A stretch of 64,000 nt of DNA from Colwellia sp. (GTDB lineage Bacteria; Pseudomonadota; Gammaproteobacteria; Enterobacterales; Alteromonadaceae). The notes beneath the pieces were generated by a model. The model was not told where the DNA came from and searched no databases. It saw only the letters and a program-made list of their open reading frames with translations. Both the position numbers and the translations under genes were made by a program. Below, piece by piece: positions 59,308 through 64,000 of the stretch. Every line of letters starts with the position of its first letter. Within the stretch, counting starts at the first letter, position 1. The stretch covers positions 72,752 through 136,751 of the forward strand of contig JAPYOP010000004.1 of the NCBI GenBank assembly GCA_029938115.1, written 5' to 3'.

Positions 59308-60703
59308 ATTTGGACCGCTATTATTATAAAGGCGAGTGTTTAAATGATTCTCCTACTCGCCTTTTTCACAAAGAAACCATCAATTGAAAACTTAACCTAA
59401 ATCGTTAAGCTTCTTCATCTTCGACACGAACGCCCCAAACATCATGCTCATCTGCATGAATAATTTGAACCCATATTAGGTCGCCAGGTTTGGCATCAAA
59501 ATCATCAGACAAATAAACTTTGCCATCAACTTCTGGTGCATCCATATAAGAACGCCCTACTGCGCCAAGAGAATTTACTTCATCAATGAGAATTAAATAT
59601 TCTTGGCCAATGCGTGCTTGTAGTTTATCCGCACTGATTTTAGCTTGTACTGCCATGAAACGCTGTAAGCGTTCTTCCATTACTTCATCTGAAACATGGT
59701 CAGGTAGAGCATTCGCCGTAGCACCTTCAACAGGCGAGTATTTAAAACAACCTACACGGTCTAATTGCGCTTCTTCTAAAAAGTCTAATAACTCTTCAAA
59801 TTCTTCTTCAGTTTCACCTGGAAAACCAACAATAAACGTTGAACGAATAACGAGTTCAGGACAAATTTCTCGCCATTTAGCAATACGCTCTAAGACTCTG
59901 TCTGAGCTACCAGGACGTTTCATTAGTTTAAGGATACGTTTGTTAGCATGCTGAAAAGGAATATCTAAATACGGTAATATTTTACCTTCTGCCATAAGAG
60001 GTATGATTTTATCAACATGCGGATAAGGGTAAACATAATGCAAACGGATCCATACGCCCTGCTTCGCTAACTCTTCACATAACTGCTGCATGTGTGTTTT
60101 AACGGGCATGCCTTCGTAGAAATCCAATTTATGTTTAACATCAACACCATAAGCAGAGGTATCTTGAGAAATGACTAGCAACTCTTTTACACCTGAATCA
60201 ACTAAACGTTTGGCTTCGCCTAATACATCTCCCACAGGACGAGAGTCTAAATCGCCACGCATTGAAGGGATAATGCAGAAAGTACAACGATGGTTGCAGC
60301 CTTCTGATATTTTTAAATACGCATAATGTTTAGGTGTTAACTTCACACCTTGTGGCGGTACTAAATCAATAAACGGATTATGCACGGGCTTTACAACATG
60401 CTTATGTACTTGTGTTAATACTTCATCGTATGCATGAGGGCCTGTTACACCTAATACATTAGGGTGCAATTCGATAATTTCATCTTTCTTAACACCTAAA
60501 CAACCGGTAACCAATACTTTACCATTTGCGGCTAACGCTTCACCGATGGTATCAAGTGATTCTTGCACCGCTGAATCAATAAAACCACAGGTATTTACAA
60601 TCACTAATTCTGCATCATCGTAGCTATTGGTTACATCATAACCTTCGGTGCGAAGTTGAGTAAGAATACGCTCTGAGTCCACTAAGTTCTTTGGGCAGCC
60701 GAG
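59308..60703. repeat. Direct repeat copy B (inside and downstream of full-length rimO), paired with 49426-50827
   Basis: See copy A. Same orientation. Contains the terminator and codons ~53-484 of rimO. Confidence 0.85.
59328..59366. terminator. Bidirectional hairpin terminator between the HU pseudogene and rimO
   Basis: Stem aaaggcgagt (59328-59337) / actcgccttt (59355-59364) followed by a T-run. Homologous to the hairpin at 49446-49482, with compensatory stem changes. Confidence 0.6.
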
Positions 60704-60859
60704 ACTGACAAAACCTATTTTCGCAGCGCGATTTGACTCTGTATTTGCAGTAACGACGGCCTGATGCTGTTCTTCAATCATTTTAGATGGAATGTCTAAC
60801 GTGGTTGTTTGGCTCTGAGCTGAATTACTTGTGCTTGGGTCAAATTGCTTAACGGTCAT
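59405..60859 (-). CDS. rimO: Ribosomal protein S12 methylthiotransferase RimO (full length)
   Basis: 484 aa. N-terminal MTTase cysteines ([22 protein letters not shown]), radical-SAM CNHRCTFC, and a C-terminal TRAM domain. The ~45-aa N-terminal extension before KIGFVSLGC suggests the real start may be an internal ATG. Confidence 0.95.
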   Translation of the reverse strand: MTVKQFDPSTSNSAQSQTTTLDIPSKMIEEQHQAVVTANTESNRAAKIGFVSLGCPKNLVDSERILTQLRTEGYDVTNSYDDAELVIVNTCGFIDSAVQESLDTIGEALAANGKVLVTGCLGVKKDEIIELHPNVLGVTGPHAYDEVLTQVHKHVVKPVHNPFIDLVPPQGVKLTPKHYAYLKISEGCNHRCTFCIIPSMRGDLDSRPVGDVLGEAKRLVDSGVKELLVISQDTSAYGVDVKHKLDFYEGMPVKTHMQQLCEELAKQGVWIRLHYVYPYPHVDKIIPLMAEGKILPYLDIPFQHANKRILKLMKRPGSSDRVLERIAKWREICPELVIRSTFIVGFPGETEEEFEELLDFLEEAQLDRVGCFKYSPVEGATANALPDHVSDEVMEERLQRFMAVQAKISADKLQARIGQEYLILIDEVNSLGAVGRSYMDAPEVDGKVYLSDDFDAKPGDLIWVQIIHADEHDVWGVRVEDEEA

Positions 60860-61151
60860 AGGCGCCTTTGCTAATCAATAGCGTGTTTCAGGTGATTTTT
60901 AGTGCGCGGATTATACAGGATTACGATGTAGAAGTCTGTATAACTTGGGACTGGCTGATGTGTTTTTTGCACACAAACTTGGTCACCAACTTCAACATAA
61001 AACCCATCCAATAAATTTCACCGTCAAGATAATGTGTTTGGTTTCGTTGTTTATAAACTTAAATCATGTTTAAAAACACCAAATTATTTTTAATAATTGG
61101 ACTAAACTTAGGAATTACTGCTTTTATCTTCCCAATTAAAAAGAAGAAATA

Positions 61152-62030
61152 ATGAGATGTTTTGCAATTATCTATCTGCTTCTTTATTCCGTTTTGTTTT
61201 CGGAATATATTCACGCAATTGAAAAACCAACAATACGTTGGTTAACTTGGCAACAAGCACCAAACTTTATCATTGAAGGAAAATTTAAGGGGCAAGGTAT
61301 TGGTGGAACTTTAACAAAAAAACTTCAAGATAACTTACCTCAATATAACCATATAAACGTATTAAGCAATACTAGAAGGTATCAATCTCTCATAAAAGAA
61401 AAAAACGTTTGTGTTGCTTGGGCTTGGATCGTACCTGGAAGTGAAAAATATCGAATTCATAGTAGAGCCGTTTCATTAGCACCTCGTTCAGGCATTCAAA
61501 TTTTGAAAACAAAACAACATTTATTTGGTAAACCAGGAGAAACATTATCTCTAAAAAATCTGTTAACGAACCTTGATCTAAAACTAGGTTATTTAGAAGA
61601 GATGACCTATTCCAAACGAGTTCATGAACTACTTGAGGAAAATAGAAATAAAGGCAACATTCATTTCTCATCAAGAAATGAGGTTGAATTTAATTTATCA
61701 ATGCTGGACAGAGAACATTTAGATTACTTTTTTAGCTTTTCAGCGCAAGCTATTTTTGATGCAGAATTAAAAGGCATTAACAATAAATATCAGTTTTACA
61801 ATATTGAAGAAATGGACCTTTATACAAGTATGCACACCCATTGTTCTAAAACGCCTTTTGGTGAACAAGTTATGTCTGAGGTTGAAAAAATCCTAACAAA
61901 TGATACATTGATGGAACATTTATCAGTAATTGAAAGATGGCATGGAGAGAATAAAGCATATCGAGATATATTCATGAAATACGTAATTAACCGTGAAGTA
62001 ACAGCTATTGTGACTAATCCTGGTCAATGA
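61152..62030 (+). CDS. Periplasmic solute-binding-like protein (family-3 / TIGR02285-like), function unknown
   Basis: Signal peptide MRCFAIIYLLLYSVLFSEYIHA. The N-terminal IRWLTWQQAPNFI...GQGIGG pattern recalls a family common in Alteromonadales. This is an impression, not verified. Confidence 0.5.
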   Translation: MRCFAIIYLLLYSVLFSEYIHAIEKPTIRWLTWQQAPNFIIEGKFKGQGIGGTLTKKLQDNLPQYNHINVLSNTRRYQSLIKEKNVCVAWAWIVPGSEKYRIHSRAVSLAPRSGIQILKTKQHLFGKPGETLSLKNLLTNLDLKLGYLEEMTYSKRVHELLEENRNKGNIHFSSRNEVEFNLSMLDREHLDYFFSFSAQAIFDAELKGINNKYQFYNIEEMDLYTSMHTHCSKTPFGEQVMSEVEKILTNDTLMEHLSVIERWHGENKAYRDIFMKYVINREVTAIVTNPGQ

Positions 62031-62124
62031 AACATCAAATGATATTGTTTAATAAATAAATGCAAAATAGAAAAAAATTAATTTTAATAAAAATATTACC
62101 TCTATATTTTAAGAGCAACTTTGC

Positions 62125-64000
62125 ATGAATTATCTATCGCTGATTTTTGCTGGTTCTATAGCTCGAAAGCTATCAATGGCGTTAATTTTGTTAGGCTTTG
62201 CCGCGACTTTAGTCATTTCAACAATCGAAATATATTGGGATTATAAAGCTGAACTTAAACATATTAATAGTCGATTAGAAAGTATTCAAGAGACGCATGC
62301 TCCAAGTATTGCATCAAACGTATGGAATGTTTCTCATAAACAAATACAAACTCAGTTACAAGGCTTGCATAGTATTTCCGAATTTTCGTATATTGAAATT
62401 ACAACACCACATGACGATTTTTGGTCAGAAGGAGAAAAATTAGCCACTAACGTATTAGTTAAAAGCATCCCATTAAAGTATGCTGATTTGGGCGAAAACT
62501 TGTTAGTTGGAACCATGGTTATTCAGGTAAATGTAGACGAAGTATTTAACAAAATCACTGCTAAGGCAATTCAAACGTTTTTCTATTTTGCTGTATGGAT
62601 ATTTATCCTCGCTGGATGTCAATTTCTTATATTTAGATATTTAGTCACTCGACACTTAAACCACATTGCTAATTACACCTCTTCAATGAAGTTCATCGAT
62701 GAGGAGAAAGACCTAATACTCGAACGAAATATTTCTACGAATAGTTCTTCTGACGAGCTGGACTCTGTTGTTTATTCAATAAACTCCCTTCGAAATCTAG
62801 TTACTAATTATACAGATGAGATTAAAAAGAACGAACAACGCTTTAGAGGGTTATTTGAAAATACGGATGTTGCTATTTGGAATGAAGATCTTTCACAAGT
62901 TTACCTTGCGCTAAGAGAACTAAAATCAAAAGGAATCATCGATCTAAAATCTTATTTAACAGAAAACGAAAATATAGCCTTCGAACTAGCAGAAGAAGTT
63001 AATGTTATTCAAGTAAATGAAGCAACACTTAATTTTTTTCAAGCAAAGTCTCAAGAAGACTTACTTGATAATATAAGCAAAACATTTGGTGACGATGCAA
63101 TAACAGTTTTTATTGAGCAACTATGCTGCATTTGGGATAAGAAAAAAACATTTCGAGCTGAAGCAAATTTTCTAGGGTTAAAAGGAAAAAAATTTACTGC
63201 GATTGTCTCCTATCAAATCCCAGAGAATGATGAAGGCTTCAAAAGTGTATCAGTAAGTATGTTTGATATTAGTAAACGTAAAGAGGATGAACAAAAGCTA
63301 CTTACTCAAAGCAAGATCATTACAAATATGACAGAAGGAGCTTATCTTATACGGTGTAGTGACTCATTAATCGTTTATGCTAATCCAACTTTTGAAAGTA
63401 TGTTTGGTTATGAAAAAAATGAAATGTTAGGAAAGCATGTATCGATTGTAAATGCACCTAGCGAATTTTCCCCTGAAGATTTAGCTTCCAATATAATTAC
63501 TAAATTAAAGCAAGACAATAAATGGAGTGGTGACGTAAAAAACATTCGCAAAGACGGCTCTACTTTTTGGTGTTTTGCCAATGTATCAAGTTTTATACAT
63601 CCTGAATTTGGTGAAGTTTGGCTTGCAGTTCATGCGGATATCACTGAAAGAATAAAAATGGAAGAAATATTACGTCGAACACAAAAAATGGATGCTGTGG
63701 GAAAACTCACAGGAGGAATAGCCCACGACTACAATAATATGCTTTCAATAGTTGCTGGATATTCAGAACTATTAGAACGGCACCTAAAAGAACAACCTAA
63801 ACTACTGGAGTATGCTGAACAAATAAACCATGCAGCAGAGCGTGGTGCGCATATGACCAAAAAACTACTGGCTTTTTCAAAAGCTGACATTGGAGATTAT
63901 GAACCTGCAAACATCAATGTAATATTGCAAGAACAACAAGAAATGATCCAAAAAACCCTTACTCCACGAATAAATCTTGAGTTTAATTTTTCTGATAACA
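62125..64000 (+). CDS. Membrane PAS sensor histidine kinase (partial; runs off the window end)
   Basis: Not in the ORF track because it has no stop. My own translation from ATG 62125 is open through 64000. Two TM helices flank a ~120-aa loop, followed by PAS modules (RGLFENTDVAIWNED...; ITNMTEGAYLIRCSD...MLGKHVSIVNAP...GSTFWCFANV) and the H-box KMDAVGKLTGGIAHDYNNMLS. Confidence 0.85.
   Translation, partial: MNYLSLIFAGSIARKLSMALILLGFAATLVISTIEIYWDYKAELKHINSRLESIQETHAPSIASNVWNVSHKQIQTQLQGLHSISEFSYIEITTPHDDFWSEGEKLATNVLVKSIPLKYADLGENLLVGTMVIQVNVDEVFNKITAKAIQTFFYFAVWIFILAGCQFLIFRYLVTRHLNHIANYTSSMKFIDEEKDLILERNISTNSSSDELDSVVYSINSLRNLVTNYTDEIKKNEQRFRGLFENTDVAIWNEDLSQVYLALRELKSKGIIDLKSYLTENENIAFELAEEVNVIQVNEATLNFFQAKSQEDLLDNISKTFGDDAITVFIEQLCCIWDKKKTFRAEANFLGLKGKKFTAIVSYQIPENDEGFKSVSVSMFDISKRKEDEQKLLTQSKIITNMTEGAYLIRCSDSLIVYANPTFESMFGYEKNEMLGKHVSIVNAPSEFSPEDLASNIITKLKQDNKWSGDVKNIRKDGSTFWCFANVSSFIHPEFGEVWLAVHADITERIKMEEILRRTQKMDAVGKLTGGIAHDYNNMLSIVAGYSELLERHLKEQPKLLEYAEQINHAAERGAHMTKKLLAFSKADIGDYEPANINVILQEQQEMIQKTLTPRINLEFNFSDN

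Noticed and set aside
1-64000. Window-wide look for CRISPR arrays, rRNA/tRNA genes, prophage or defence-system genes (restriction, Cas, toxin-antitoxin, retron-like reverse transcriptase), and long non-coding tandem repeats.
   Set aside because: No periodic repeat-spacer pattern, no RNA gene signatures and no such protein motifs appear in any of the translated ORFs. The only large repeats are the rimO copies.

Overview
AT-rich chromosomal segment that looks like a marine gammaproteobacterium, probably Alteromonadales such as Colwellia or Thalassotalea. That assignment is inferred from the protein repertoire only and was not tested. I recognised no rRNA, tRNA, CRISPR array, IS element, transposase or integrase.

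Gene content, left to right:
- pxpABC 5-oxoprolinase operon, with a 50-codon stump of its usual DUF1445 partner gene.
- An RND efflux pair and pldA.
- A dense signalling neighbourhood: 7 histidine kinases, 9 receiver domains, 2 HD-GYP and 1 EAL c-di-GMP phosphodiesterases, 1 PAS-MCP, and no GGDEF cyclase.
- A YbbA/YbbP-like ABC pair and a secreted DJ-1/PfpI protein.
- A Fur-box-fronted iron uptake cluster: TBDR, tonB-exbB-exbD, TBDR, PepSY-TM protein, and a membrane-anchored FNR/2Fe-2S reductase.
- The rimO locus.

The most interesting structure is at about 49.4-60.9 kb. A full-length rimO and a 5'-truncated but otherwise open rimO copy form direct repeats of about 1.4 kb. They are about 90% identical at nucleotide level by eye, with 11 amino-acid differences in 399. 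They bracket about 8.5 kb of cargo with no mobility gene.

The cargo is a co-directional six-gene envelope cluster plus a secreted LRR protein. The cluster encodes:
- a lipoprotein with 5 tandem double COG4315/PF03640 repeats;
- a lipoprotein with a PSCyt1-like CxxCH domain;
- a beta-barrel outer-membrane protein with CxxCH at its mature N-terminus, which is the architecture of Cyc2-type fused cytochrome-porins;
- an ECF sigma factor;
- an RskA-type anti-sigma factor;
- an alginate-export-like porin.

I read this as a horizontally acquired, ECF-controlled candidate outer-membrane redox or metal module. This is inference from motifs and architecture. No homology search could be run.
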